From Lama guanicoe (taxonomy: Eukaryota): DNA of 64,000 nt. The position numbers were made by a program, and so were the translations under genes. Under the pieces are notes generated by a model. That model saw only the letters and a program-made list of their open reading frames with translations. It made no database searches and was not told the origin of the DNA. The DNA is taken from the NCBI GenBank assembly GCA_013239625.1, contig MU054187.1:11945325-12009324 (forward strand). Reading direction: 5' to 3'. Every line of letters begins with the position of its first letter. The first letter of the stretch is position 1. This document shows positions 13,976-27,193 of this stretch, in pieces.

Positions 13976-16900
13976 TATCTTTGCTTTAATTTAAGCACAT
14001 CCTGTTGCTGATATTTCTGCACTTTTGGAGAAAAGGATCAATACCCCATTTACAAAAACCCATATCAACAATAGTGAGAAAAGTTTCCTTTGAATCTCTT
14101 CCTTTCATGTCTTCTCTTACTAGTCATTGCTTTGAATCATGTTGGTCACCTTTTTTGGAGCTCTCACTAGTTTTCCATTCTCTGCTTTGTAATCACTCTA
14201 AGGCAGCTGTGAAGTTCATCAGAAAACAAGAGACAAAGGGGAATGAGACCTCCTGGTCCTGTGGGCGAAGACTCAGGGCATCAGGGCTGAGTGGGTGGGC
14301 AGGGGAAGGTGCACCTCACTCCTGCCTGGAGCACGGCCCTCAAGGGTGGGTCCAGAGCCCTGCCTGAGGCCCCCAGAAGCTTGGGGACTGCAGCTCATCC
14401 CACAGCCACCCGATGGGCACTGAAGCCGACGCACACTCCTTGGGGGAAGCCAGTCAAGACGAGGAAGTGACATAATTGTTCTTTCTTAACAAGAACCCAA
14501 TGTGCTTCATTCTGAGTGTAACACTTCAAATAGTGGCGTTTGTTTCTTCCACCTGAGTGGAAGAAAACATTGGTGTCAAATTGCAGTTACATGTTTCTAA
14601 TTCTCTCTACAAAGCCTTAAAGCACTGTGCCGACTTTAATCTTCAATAAATATGATTCCACACAATCAGCTGGCGATTCACACATCACCTGGGCTTGTTC
14701 TGAGAGGGCAGATGGGGCCTTGGAGCCTAAAGACCTGTATCGGGAGACCTAATTATTTTGGCTATGGCTGTGCCGAGAAATGAACAGGCTGTTGTGGAAA
14801 AGGCAATGGCTTGATGTGCTTGCCCTGGTGGCCACAGGACAGGCAGCCCTCCCCGATGCAGTGGAAGTTTAACAGTGTCAACTTAAGTGACATCACATCC
14901 CTTCTGAATCAAAGGGACCAGGAACTTTCCAAAACCAATGACTAAGAACAGGATATTAATTAAACAGGGAGGTGAATAAATTACCTGTACAAAGATAATA
15001 GTTTCTGAGATAACTGGCAAGTCTAATACTTTGTTTTGTGCTTTAAGAAGGAAATGTATTCATTTTGAGATAGTTTTTTTGTAAAGATCTTAAATAGCTG
15101 CATGGACTGCTTGCTCAAATGTTTGGCCCAGGTCCTGATTGTGAGTCAATGCAGGGATGGGAAAGGGCATTTGTTTTGAAGCCAGGAAGTCTGGAACCGA
15201 CTCCGGGCTCTGTCTGTGGCTGGTTACCTGGCCTGACATCCTTGTATGGTTTTGTAGGGATGGAGAAAGGCACCACGTGAGAAAGCCTCTGCTGCAGTCA
15301 AAGGCTCTCTTCCTTCCTCTGATGGATTCTTTTCCCCTTACCCACAGATGCCCTCTTCCTGCAATTCTGAAAACTTGGGGGTCCCTAAGATAGAATGTGC
15401 ACTGGGTGAAGACAGCCGACAGAGCGTGGGCCCCACGTCCCCCAGCATCCCCCGCAGGACACCGGGGGCAGCAAGTCTCAGGACGGCTGGCCAGGTCGTC
15501 AGTCTGGTATTCCAGCTGAGCAGCCTGGTACTGGTTTTCACCCCAGAACACTGCCTCTGCCACGCCAGTGCTACCCCTGGGCTCCAGCGAGGGGCAGCCT
15601 GCACCCACATCAGGTGATCGTTAGGACTTGATGCCAGTTTTTAACAAGACAAGGATGAGGTGACGCACATGGAGAGTCCCTGTCAACCCCTCCAGTCTCT
15701 AGGAAAACTAGACACTCTGACAGCCCCTTGCTCTGTGGCCCTGCAATTCCTCTCCTCAAGGGCAGAGGCCCCTTCCCCTCATCCCCGCTGGTCCCATGAC
15801 TCACTCTGGCCAATGTAACATTAGCTGGGCCATGGCAGGAGGAGCTCTGGGGCCCTCAGTGTTCCTGCACCCACTTCCACCAGCCTCCCCTGCAAGCCCT
15901 GCTCCTCACTGGAAAGTAGGGTGGCAGGATGGGGTCCTTTTCATCTTGATAACTCCCATTGTGATTCTAATGTTAACAGAAAGACATGTGTGCATTTACA
16001 GAGAGATTATATATCATGTGTTGGAGGAGGAGGAGGAGGAGGAGGGGGACTCACCAATACCCAGAACAGACATCAGCTTCAGGCCTTGACTGGAGGCGGA
16101 CTGGCAGGAGGAGATGGTGCCTGCCCATTGCTGGGTGAAGCCTGGGCAGACATGTCATTTTTTTGTTTGTTTGTGGATTTCCCAGGTCACCTCTGCCCTG
16201 CCAGAGGGCACGGTCTCGCCGTGGTCCCAGGTGTGGGGGTTCACAGGCCCCTGTCAGGTGCTTCCACAAGGTCCAGGGGCTGCTGCCCAGGTGCCAGAGA
16301 AGGGAGCAATTTCTCCCTATGGGTTTTAAAAAGTTTCTTTAGCTCTTCTGAAAACCTAAGGTGTATTTGTAGTGGTTCTTATGGGTTAAAAAAATAACCC
16401 ACAATAATTCTAAAGCTCCAATTACTGCCTTTCTATAAAACAGCTTTTAAATCAGTTTTTAAATAAAAATTTCTTTAAGTGTGGTATTTCTGAACAGTAG
16501 GCTTATAAATGATGTTTATTTTCCTCTTTGTGCTCTTTTGAAGTGTCCCTAAGTTCTACAATACTCATAAAAAGAATTTTCATTCTTTGATCAAAACATA
16601 TAGACACAATCACTTCTTCAAAAGGAAGACGGCCTAGATACAACACCTCCCTGACATTCACAGATTTGACCATTGCCGTTTTAACTATCTGAAAAGTGTG
16701 AATGATGGGACATGTGCATGGCGAAGAGACCAGGTGCCAGATTGATGGAGGCGGATGGATAGCGGGCAGCGCTGGCATCACGTGGCCCAGCAGTGACTCT
16801 CCTGACAGTGAGTGACTCTCCCAACAGTGCAGAGCTGCTGGCCAAGTGCCCACGCTGTCCTGTCGGGGCCCTGAGATGCGCACAGGCTGTAAGAGAAGCT

Positions 16901-17259
16901 GTTTCCAAAAATGTGGGAACGTGGGTGGAGGGAACCCTGGGAGCTGGCAGCAGTCGTGGGAGGAGGGAGGCTGAGGCCGGCCCTGTCCCTAAACACAGAG
17001 CCTCCAGTTATTAGGACACTCCTGCTGTCCCCTCCTCTCCATTTCCAAATGCCCCAGAGTATGCGGCCTCTCCCTCCTCTCCCTAGAGCAAGATGGTCGA
17101 GAAGCTGAAAGCCCTTGTCCTGGAGGTGCTGGGTGTGGACCGACTTCTGGTCCTGCAGCCCAGGCCCCCTTGTCCATCCAGCATCCGGCAGAGACAACCA
17201 GTGCATCGTCTGCCCACTCCTGTGGGGGGGCACAGAACTGCCCCCAAACATCCCATTTG

Positions 17260-17504
17260 GCACCTTGATCACTTTGAACTGAAGCAGCAGGTACAGGACA
17301 GGCTCTCTGACCTTGTATAAAAAGGTACATATGCTTCTGGACCTAATGGCTTCTTTGGGGTCATTTTCCTTCTAAAGACTCCATGTACACATAAAAATAT
17401 AAAGTAAATGCATAGGCTCTTCTCCTGCTAGGTCTGTCTTAGGTCAGTTTAATTCACAGGTCCAGTTACAGAACCTAAGAGGGTAGAACTTTTTCCTCCC
17501 TTTC
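17260..17504 (+). mobile_element. ERV LTR 3' fragment
   Basis: TATA-like tataaaa, then gtcagtttaattcacagg...gaacctaagagggtaga...tttttcctccctttca, resembling ERV1-class LTR U5 ends. Confidence 0.55.
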
Positions 17505-18399
17505 ACCACTACTGTTTAGTACTTATTATTGTATCATCATTTTTCAGACAGGGCAACAGATGGGCATTAAAAATATTTAACAGAAGGTAGGACGTGGCAC
17601 TGGGCAGTCAGAGCAGATGAAGCTGTGAACTGGAGCGGGTCCAGGATGCCCACCTGTGCCCTGCACGCTCCCTTCACAGTTGGACTGGTAGTGGATCTGA
17701 GTCCTGGGCCACAAGGGCCATTCCACAAACTGATAGGGACATTCCCTCTCACTTAGTGTGGCCCAGCAGACCCACAGGCTCAGCAGAGGCCATGATCCAG
17801 CAGGTGTGTCTGAGTCACGCTGTGTAGCTGTGGGTGAACCGCCTGCCTTCTGGCACTGGCCTGTGTTGTTCTGTTAACCAGGCGGGTCCCTGAGGGCAGC
17901 AGACAAGCTTTACTTCGTGTTCTACCCCCATCCTCTGCACAGGCAGGGTGTGTGAGTCACCCACTGGACCGACCGTGTGTGAGCTGGAGAGTCATCGGAG
18001 AGGGTCCCTTGTGAAGGTGACTATTGTATAACATGTCTGTGGGATGAGTAAGACCTAATTACACAATGCCATGAGCTCACTGCTGGTTACCCACCTGTGA
18101 TCTCTGAGCCTTAAAAAATCATTTCCATACCGTGAACTCTTTCTAGGGACATTCTTAGTAGGCAAATTAGAGCAAACACACACTTGTGGATGCAGGTGGG
18201 CTTGGACATTGAGGGGTGGGTGTCTGCACTTTCAAATCTGTCTGCATAGCACGTTCACTACCAGGTAAGTCAGGAGAATTTTAGTCTCCACAGCCCTCAC
18301 TGTGTGTCCTGTTCTTTATCTAACATATCTTTGGAGACACAAGTCGCTCTTTAAAGGCTAGGTGCATCGCAGAGCTGTGCTGCCGTCCCTGTGATGGGT

Positions 18400-18890
18400 T
18401 TTCAGGTGTGTTCACTTCCCCCAGAGAAGCCCCCCAGCTCTCTGACTCCCAATAAACCCATACCTATGCCCTCAGCCCTGGGCCACTGCCTCCTCCTTTC
18501 TGTCTCTCTGGATTTTCCTGCCCTGGACTCATCATGTAAATGGGCTCACACAGTATGTGGTCCTCTGTGACTGGCTTCCTTTACGTAGTGTGATGTTTTC
18601 AAGGGTTATCCATGTGGTAGCCCCTGTCAATGCTTCCTTCCTTTTACTGGTGAATCATATGTCCTTGTATGAATACACCACATTTTATTGTCCATCAGAT
18701 GACGGTCAATTGTGTGGTTTCTACTTTTGGCTGTTCCAGTTGCTCTGTGGACGTGTATCCTCATCTCTCTTGGGTGACAACAGGGATTAGAATTGCTGAA
18801 TCATAAAGTGACCCTGTGTTTAACTTTTGGGGGACCTGCTAGTTTTCCAAAGTGACATCACCATTTTACATTCTCATCAGCAATGTATGT
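18400..18890 (-). mobile_element. Old L1M 3' fragment
   Basis: ctttctgtctctctggattttcc...gtatgtggtcctctgtgactggcttccttt...ttttccaaagtg...ccattttacattctcatcagcaatgtatg, a typical antisense L1MB/L1ME-type 3' region. Confidence 0.7.
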
Positions 18891-18952
18891 AATGTCTTTG
18901 ATTTTTTTCTCTCAGTGGCTTCAATTTCCTGATGTTAATACAGTCTCTCCAT

Positions 18953-19773
18953 ACAATGAAGTATCACCTCACACCAGTCAGAATGGCCATCATTAAAAGT
19001 CCACAAATGACAAATGCTGGAGAGGCTGTGGAGAAAGGGGAACCCTCCTACACTGCTGGTGGGAATGCAGTTTGGTGCAGCCACTGAGGAAAACAGTATG
19101 GAGATTCCTCAAAAGACTAGGAATAGACTTACCATATGACCCAGGAATCCTGTTTCTGGGCATATATCCAGGAGGAACCCTACTTCAAAAACATACATGC
19201 ACCCCGATGTTCATAGCAACACTATATACAATAGCCAAGACATGGAAACAACCGAAATGTCCACCAAGAGATGACTGGATAGAGAAGCTGTGGTATAATT
19301 ATACAATGGAATACCAATCAGCCATAAAAAAGAATAAAATAATGCCAAAGACAGCAACACGGATGGACCCGGAGAATGTCATTCTAAGCGAAGTAAGCCA
19401 GAAAGAGAAAGAAACATACCATATGATATCACTCCTACCTGGAATCTAAAAAAAAGAAAAAGGCAAACGAACTTGTTTACAAACAGAAACAGATTCACAG
19501 ACATAGAAAACAAACTTATGGTTCCCGGCGGGGAAGGAGAAGGAAGGGATCAGTCGGGAGTTCGAGATTTGCAAATACTAACTACTGCATATAAAACAGA
19601 AAAACAACTAGTTTATACTGTATAACACAGGGAACTATATTCAACATCTTATGGTGAAAAATAACATGAAAAGGAATATATGTATACTCATGTGTGACTG
19701 AAGCATGGTGCTCTACACCAGAAATTGACACAACAGTGTAAACTGACTATAACTCAATAAAAATTTTTAAAAA
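18953..19773 (+). mobile_element. LINE-1 3' end
   Basis: ORF 19072..19449 [25 protein letters not shown]...CTPMFIATLYTIAKTWKQPKCP; 3'UTR ends aactcaataaaa. Confidence 0.95.
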
Positions 19774-22700
19774 ATGATTCTTTTCCTTTGGCTTTCATTA
19801 TTTGAAAGTGACATGTCTTAGCAGTCTCTTTGTTTTTATCCTGTGTCCCTTTATCTTCTTGGATGTGTAGATTAATCTTTTTCATCACATTTGGGAAGTT
19901 TTCAGCCATTATTTATAAAATGTTTTCTGCCCCCTTTTCTCTCTTCTATCCAGGGGACACTAGTACACGTTTGTCGGTGTATGAATGTGCCCCACATTTC
20001 ACAGAGGCTCTGTTCCTTCCCCGTTTTCTCTGAGCTTCCACTCACATGGTCGCTTTTGCTCCGCCATCCCGCTTCTACTCTTGAGCCCATCCAATTTCCA
20101 CTTCCATCTTTGTACCTTTTAACTTGACAATTTCCATTTTTATGATTTCTATCTCTTGACTGATACTATTTGACGAGACACTTCCTTTAATTCTTCAGAC
20201 ATGGTCTCGTTCAGTCCATTGACCATATTTATGATGGCTCCTTTGAAGTCGTTGGGTGCTAAGGCCGACATCTCAGTCCCTTCCAAAGCCTTTTCTTTGC
20301 CTGTTTTCCTGGGCGTGGACCACACTTTTCTGCTTCATCACGTGTCCTCACATTTTCTTGTTGAAAGCTGAACATTTAAATACCATGTGGTAGCCACTCT
20401 CAATTCTTTTTTTTTTTCCTGTTTTCAAAAGTTTAATGTAAACTGCGTGCATTTGTAGCATCTTTATTACTTGCATACAGAAATATTTTCATACAGCAAC
20501 TGTCGATTCTAATCCCCTGCCCGCCCCCACCCATCCCTGGTTTGTCTGTGTGTTCATTGATTTATTTGTCTAGTGAGTTGGCTGAACTAACTCTGTGACT
20601 TCCATTTCCCCTGCAGTGTGCAGCCTCTGATGTCCCTGCTCAGTGTTCTCTTTCTTGGTTTCACCTTTTAGCCTGGCCACCTAGGGGTCACCTTGGGCCA
20701 GCACAAGCCACTTATCAGGCAAAGGTTGTGCTTAAGGCCCGGTGGCCTGTTAGATTTTTGCCCTTTACCTCTGGATGTCTGTGTGACATGGAGGCTGCTC
20801 TCAGTTTATGTGTATTTTGTCCCACGTCAGCCAAAGACCAAAGACCACCTGTGCACCCATCTCTCCTGAGAGGCACAGCCTTGGGCGTGCACACAGCCTT
20901 CCAGAGTGCCAGGGGTGTGTGTGGTTTGTTCTTCAGAGCTGTTCCTAGGTCAGGGTGGCCTACCGCCCAGCCTGTTTGGTCAGAAATTGTGCTGAGGCCG
21001 TGAGTGCTGGTGGGCCTGTGTCACTGGGGCTGGGTTCCATTCCTCACCATGAGACACGGCCACTTCATTCTGGTCTTCTAGCTCACGACCGGATGCCCCT
21101 GTGACTGACAGGCCCCACGTGCCCAGTGAGTGTTTACAGACTGAAGCAGCAGCACAGCCATCACTGGATCTAGAAATAGGCTGTGCCCACCGCCCCAGGA
21201 GGAGCCCCGGGGCCCCTGTGGTCACTGCTGCCCCACCGGGGTGACCTTGCATCTGCCCTGTCATCCTAGTTCCTGCTGGTTTGTAAGTTGTGTGCCTGTG
21301 ACTCACTCTGTGTGCCCTCGAGAGGGTGTGACCAGTGGTCCTCCAGGAAACAGACACTGACACAGAGAGAACTTTGACAGATTTCATTAGGGGTGACAAT
21401 AGGAGAGACAACAGCAGAGGGGGCAGGATAAAGCAGGGAAACATTTGGGCCGTAATGCACCTCCGATGTCTTCTCTAGAAACATCACTGCCACAGCTCAG
21501 GAGCCTCTTCAGTTTTCAAACTGACTGTGCTGTAAGGCAGAAGGAGTTTTACTTATTTTAATAGGACCTTATTTTTTCCCGATTTTGTCTTCTCTAATGT
21601 ATGTATGGACTCTGACGGACACTGTAGTCTGTGTGCACATCTCTGTGTCTATACAGAATGAAAATAATTGTTTTCACATCTCAGACACAGATCTCAAAAT
21701 GTGCAAATTCTCATTATATTTCCTTCTTTAGCCACTAGGACCTGAGATTTAGTAGAAGAAAGGAACCCTTCGCCTTATCTTTAAAGCAGAGAATGGTAAG
21801 CTCTGGGCCTGAGCTCTTACATCTTCAGTTTAATTTAATGTACTTCCTGAGGTCTCTTTTGATGATTCTGTGTGCACTTTCTTTTAAACTATGAGAATGC
21901 TGAGTGAGAAATATGTCCCAGTCATTTTTCAAAAAACTGTGTGTGCTTGACCCGGCCCTCCTCACAATGAAGCCAGGGACCAGCGTTACCCCCCGGCTCA
22001 CAGACAACAACGCTGAGACCCTGTGGGAGCCCCACTGAGTCTTGGTGTTAGGGGATGAACTGCAGGAATTCAAGCAAAGAATCAGAAACTGGATCTTGTG
22101 ACATAAATGAGGAGATGCCATGCTGACAGTGGGCGTAGAGGGAGCAGGGGTGTGGGGAGAGGGGTCCTGCAGGGGGTCCCCCAATCACCCCTGAATTCCC
22201 CCAAAGAACCTGACTCATGCTGAAGGGAAAGGCACCTGCTCAGCTGATTTAAATCCTGCCTGCACTTTTCAAATCACTGGGGCAAAAGAAAACTTCAGTC
22301 ACACAAAATATCCTGAAAAAACCAAGCTAAATTTCAGTTTCTCTGATATCCAGAGGGTTCTTTCATCCAGACCCGTAACTTTCAGAAACCCAAGAGAACA
22401 ACTGTCTTTACATGAGGTTGTGAACTGAGGGCTTTCTGGAGGCAGTGGGTTCTGAAGGGGATACGTGCATGGCTGCACTGAGTCCCCTGCACACACACGT
22501 GGCTCTGAGTGGACCTCACGCTGCATTCACACGGCCCGCCTGAACTGCCCGCCCTGCCGGGAGTGACGTTCCAGCTCCATCTGAGTGAACCCAACAAACG
22601 CCCACTGGGCAGCCCCTCAATTTCTTTCTTCCCCTCCACACCCTCCTATTCACTCCTGGTGGCTCACGTGTCCCTCTTCTGCACTCTGAGGCCCTGCACG

Positions 22701-23089
22701 GGCACATCTGCTATGGTGACAAGCTGTCTGTTGTGAATGTCTCTCTCCCTCACCCCTCGAGGCAACCCCGTGAGCTCCTGAAGTTAGGGGTGTGCTTCAC
22801 CCCTCACAGAGCACAGCACATGGTCCATGCAAGAGGCACATCTGCCAAACTGGGACTTGAAATTCATTTGATAGTCTGTCAAAAGTCTCTTTTGTTCTAT
22901 GAAAGAGACACCCGCTTCCAACATCAGGATGGAGAAATGATACAATCCATCAAGTGTGTGTGCTAGGAAGCTAGACAAACGTCACAAAATCCCAAGTCAG
23001 CTTCCCGCAGGCATCACGAGGCCCTGGAGTGACATTACCCTTTCTACAAAGACTCGACAAGGGAGCAGAAGAACATGATCTCACCTTAC

Positions 23090-26000
23090 CGGGCCCAAAA
23101 GGCAACTAGTCTTGTCCAGGAGGAGGTGTGCAAGGGTCCGAGGACAATGACAGCTTATCCGTGGAGACGGACACGCAACATGGTCCCTGGAAATAAAGGG
23201 GTGCACTAGCATCCACAGTGAACTGCAGACAGGAGACAGAAGTGTGTTGAGACAGACAAAAGCACCAACACCGACGAAAGCTGAACCCTAACGCAGCAGC
23301 TTTCGGCACCGGGCACCCTCCCCTCCACCGGGTGCCCAGAGAGCAGCACACGCCACACACTCCACACAGCCCTCCGGGGCCTGCCTGCGGCCTGGGCCGC
23401 ACAGGAGGACAAGGGGATAAAACCCCGTCGCCACAAGTGACCGCCCGTGTCTCTACGTGGAGGAAGCCAAGGGGCCTGCCCGAGACGATGCACACACAGG
23501 TTCCAGCACGCTGACCAAGAAGCGCCTTCCCCACAGGCAGCCTTTCTGTGCAGGACGACCCTCCCTGCCACCTTCCCCAGCTCCACGGAACCTTGCTCTG
23601 CGTCGACAGGGAACACGGAGAAAGAAAGCACGGCAGCAGCTAGTCTCCACACGTGGAAGCAGAGCCGCACCTGGGTCATCGCTCTGCCTCCAGGACCCTG
23701 CCAGGCCCTCTCTGCTCCCACCTCACAAAGGGCCCTCATGCGCCCTGCAGGGGCTGCGCTTGGGCGCAAAGGGCTCTGGGGGAGCCAGCGGAGTGCTCCT
23801 GAGGGGACGGTGCCGTCCTCAGAAGGTACTTAGGCTCCGCCACAATCATCCTTATTCTCAGGGAAGTCTCAACATCAAATTCGCTCCGCGACACACACTA
23901 CGTTTTTCCTATGGGAAAGTGAAGTGGGACATCTCAAATCCCACAGCTAAAAACCAAAGGGATTTTACTTGCCTCATGCGGAAAACCCCACGGTGTGTGA
24001 TGACACGTAGGAGGATGACTGAGAGCTTCCGGGGGACGACCGACCTGGCTCTGGGTGGAGAACACAAAGTCAGGGGTTTTGTGCCAAACAGAACCCCCCT
24101 GCAAGGAAACAGGCATTTTCACTGCTGGCTTTTTCAATTCCAGCCTCTGTTTCCTTCTACAAATGCAACACCTCTGAGAGTCGGGCTTCTCTACCCAGCG
24201 TGCAACTGGAGGGAGCGTGCAAGGCACGTTGACCTCCCGAGGACAGACCGTGATGGGTTGACATTTACTACCCGCAAGACGACTCAAACTTGCACAAAGC
24301 ACACGGCATAAAGCTGGAGGGAGGGCTTTGCTCATTTCTCACTTACGAGGACTTCAACGGACATTCTAACCAGGAGAGTCCCCTAGCCTCAGCCAGGAAA
24401 CCAGTCGAAGGATGACAATAGGAATCTGTCCCAATGACCCAGGAGCAACCCCAAGAGAACGAGGTCAAAAAGGAGTCAGCCGAGCCAGAAGAAGTCAGTG
24501 TGGAGCGAGGGCTCACCCTCCTCGTGCTATTTCGAGAAACACACACTCAAAGTCTGCGCTCCTCGGCTTCCAAGCACTCCCCCGTGGCTTCTGCAGGCAC
24601 CACCCAAGGTGACTGGGGCTGAGGGGAGACGGCCACTGGCTCCTGGGCAAGAGTTTGAATTTGGAAAGTAATGGCACGCCAGACCCGTCTCAGAACACAC
24701 AATCTGGGGACGAGGACAGGAGAGGCTGCTGGGAAAACAAAAAGGGCACATTTCCCAGACACGCTTCCAACCGAGAACGACCAACCCCATTTACCTGGGC
24801 CTCCGTGGTCCCTTCACTTTGGCAGGCACTGCCGGGCTGCACTGGAGCCGCACCGCGTGCTGAATCGGGGAAAAACCACAGAAAGGATGGAGGATTAGGC
24901 CCTCCCGCGTACACTTCGCTCCAGCAAAACAAAACCTTTGAGCCTTCCTTCACCCTATCACACTCGCTCCCAGATCACACCGAGTGGGAGACAGGTCTCG
25001 GGACCGTTGAGGAAGAGATCACAGGCCACGGGTTGAGCTGTTTCCATAGCTGATCATCAGCTGGTGGGAGGTCCGGGCACCACTCGCTGGGGGAAATGAT
25101 ACGGGCGAGCTTGTTCAGGGAGCCCAGAATGTGGTCCAGGTTGTAAACCCGTGGGCAAAACTGGCATTTCTGCCTTCCGTCGGAAGACTCTTTTTCACTC
25201 TATAAGAGACGCCTCCTCCCCAGGTCACGACAGGGAACGACGGCCACCTAGTGTGTCTGCTAAGGGACTACACGGACATGGCAATGAGCCCAGTCAGGGT
25301 TGATAATGCACTGGGAAGCCCTGAAGAGAGATCTGCCGTTCTTCTGCAGTGACTCAAGGAAGAAAGAGAGGAATGTGCTTTCATCTTACCAGGTGATTAC
25401 CTGGGCCTCCGTGGTCCCTTCACTTTGGCAGGCGCTGCCGTGCCGCACTGGACGCACACCCCTTCCTGAATCGAAGGTAAACCACAGATAGGTTTGAGGA
25501 TTTGTCTTTTCTGCCTAGACTTTGCTGAAGCATTACAATTCTCCCAAGCGTTACTTCACCGTAGTACACTCTTTCCCACAGCACAGCAAGGTGGTTGCCG
25601 TTCCCCTGATTCTTCCTGTGTAGACCACATTCTCCTTAGTGTGGTATTTTCATTAGTAATCATCCATTGTGCAATGTCAAGGCTCAAACTAGCTGGAGAA
25701 ATCATTAATGTACTTTCTCCTAACATTAGGCTCTTCACATTCCCTGCTTTCTAAAGACTTCTATGCACTATTAAACTCCTCTTAGTCTTTCTTCTCCTGT
25801 GACCCCCCTGGTCTCTTGGCTCAATAGATGTCAACTTCCTCTATGGTGTCATTTAGACACCATCGCAGGAGTAAAATTTTCAAGAGTTAAGAAGTCATTT
25901 AGACATCAGAAGTCATTGTGTTTACTCTTAGTTGAATTAAAACGTATACATCACATCCTGGTATTGAGAAAATATTACAAAGATAACTAAAATATAGTAT

Positions 26001-27193
26001 CTTACCTTTATATTTTGACATTTTTTTTACCTAGGAGAGGCAGAAACATTAAATTTGAAGTCAAATCATATAATTAGTAAATATATGGTTTCTAATAAAC
26101 TATCAAAACAGTAATCCATTGAAATTACCATTATCACTTTGGTTCAGCATAACGATTCATGTGATTAAAAGTCAGGAAAAATCAAAACTTCCTACTTAAG
26201 GCATGATCTTTCACTCACCATTTCTGATAGCACACTGGTCAATAGCTTATTTTTAAGCAAAAAAAATCTGTCCACATTGTATTAAATAAACACCAATCTA
26301 TTCAATTGTCATAATGTATATTCATGTTGATTAACACTGAACTGTATCATTTTCATAGTATGTTGTAATGCATCATTTTTCTGATTTTTTTTTTTTTGCC
26401 AAACCAAACATCCACACTTAAGTCCAGAAGCTGGATTGTTGTGTAATCTTCGAGAGAGAGAGAGAGAGAAACTAAAAGAAAAATAAAGGCAAAATCGTTA
26501 TACTAAGATGCACCCCTTCCATTCAATGAAAGATTTTCTGAACTCTTATAGAGTTGACTGTTGAGTTGATAAGCAGTTGTAACATATGAGGTCATAAGAT
26601 TTGTCAAGACCACTAAAAACAAACGGACATCAAGTGAGACATCAGAAGAGAACGAAAAGTGAGCAGTGGCTGTAATAAAAGCACACACAGCAGCAGGAAA
26701 CACAGTGACCATTTTCAAGAAGCGAACGTGCTTCCTGACTCAGACATGAGTCATCATCTGAGGAACAGCAGCTCAGTAAAATGCAGGCAGGACTCCACTG
26801 TAATACTACGTAAAGACACATTTTCCTGACCTCTAAAACATATTTCTTCATTCAAAACCTTAAGTGATGATCAGAGACTGAGGCCAGCCTCTAACCTTGC
26901 AAAGATATTGGAATATCATCACAGTGTGAAAGCTCCAGTGGCAATAATGTGGCGACAGAAGAATGCACCCACGGAGGGCAAACAGGAAGCCACAGACGTT
27001 CCCTTCACTTCACACTTGCTCAGGGAACACTGAGCATCCCTGTCCCCTGTCACCCAACACACAGGCGGGGCAGATGGGGAGAGAGATGGGCTCACCAATA
27101 CTTAACCTTTCTGTTTTGTTATTGAAGAGAAGAGTTTATAAATTGTCATTTGCTCATTGAGAATATATTGTTGTGTTGCTCAATGAGTTCTTA
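23090..27193 (-). pseudogene. Exon-like chain of an unidentified gene (~27107-27193, ~26550-26612, 26405-26447, 26219-26234, 26006-26030, 25401-25465, 24795-24859, 24347-24425, 23090-23186)
   Basis: Successive AG...GT-bounded segments. Four of them join in one frame as ...YTTIQLLDLSVDVC|VLSEM|VKKMSKYK|GRGVRPVRHGSACQSEGTTEAQ. One donor looks mutated (ataag) and the first segment has stops in the frames I read. Confidence 0.45.
24790..26006. repeat. Diverged tandem duplication, period ~606-616 bp
   Basis: The 37-mer ttacctgggcctccgtggtcccttcactttggcaggc is identical at 24791 and 25397. Weaker homology continues through the following ~500 bp, and both units end in atcttacc (25390, 26006). Confidence 0.8.

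Noticed and set aside
15090..17330. Cluster of ORFs and possible exons (e.g. MVEKLKALVLEVLGVDRLLVLQ; IVKTAMVKSVNVREVLYLGRLPFEE)
   Set aside because: Could not assign a gene or a consistent exon chain; needs a blastx search.
23457..24311. 284-aa ORF and overlapping ORFs in the GC-rich region
   Set aside because: No recognisable domain; long ORFs in several frames are expected at this GC content.
24975..25228. Open minus-strand frame WPSFPVV...CQFCPRVYNLDHILGSLNKLARII
   Set aside because: Lies in the diverged copy of apparently intronic sequence from the tandem unit; no recognisable homolog, likely chance.
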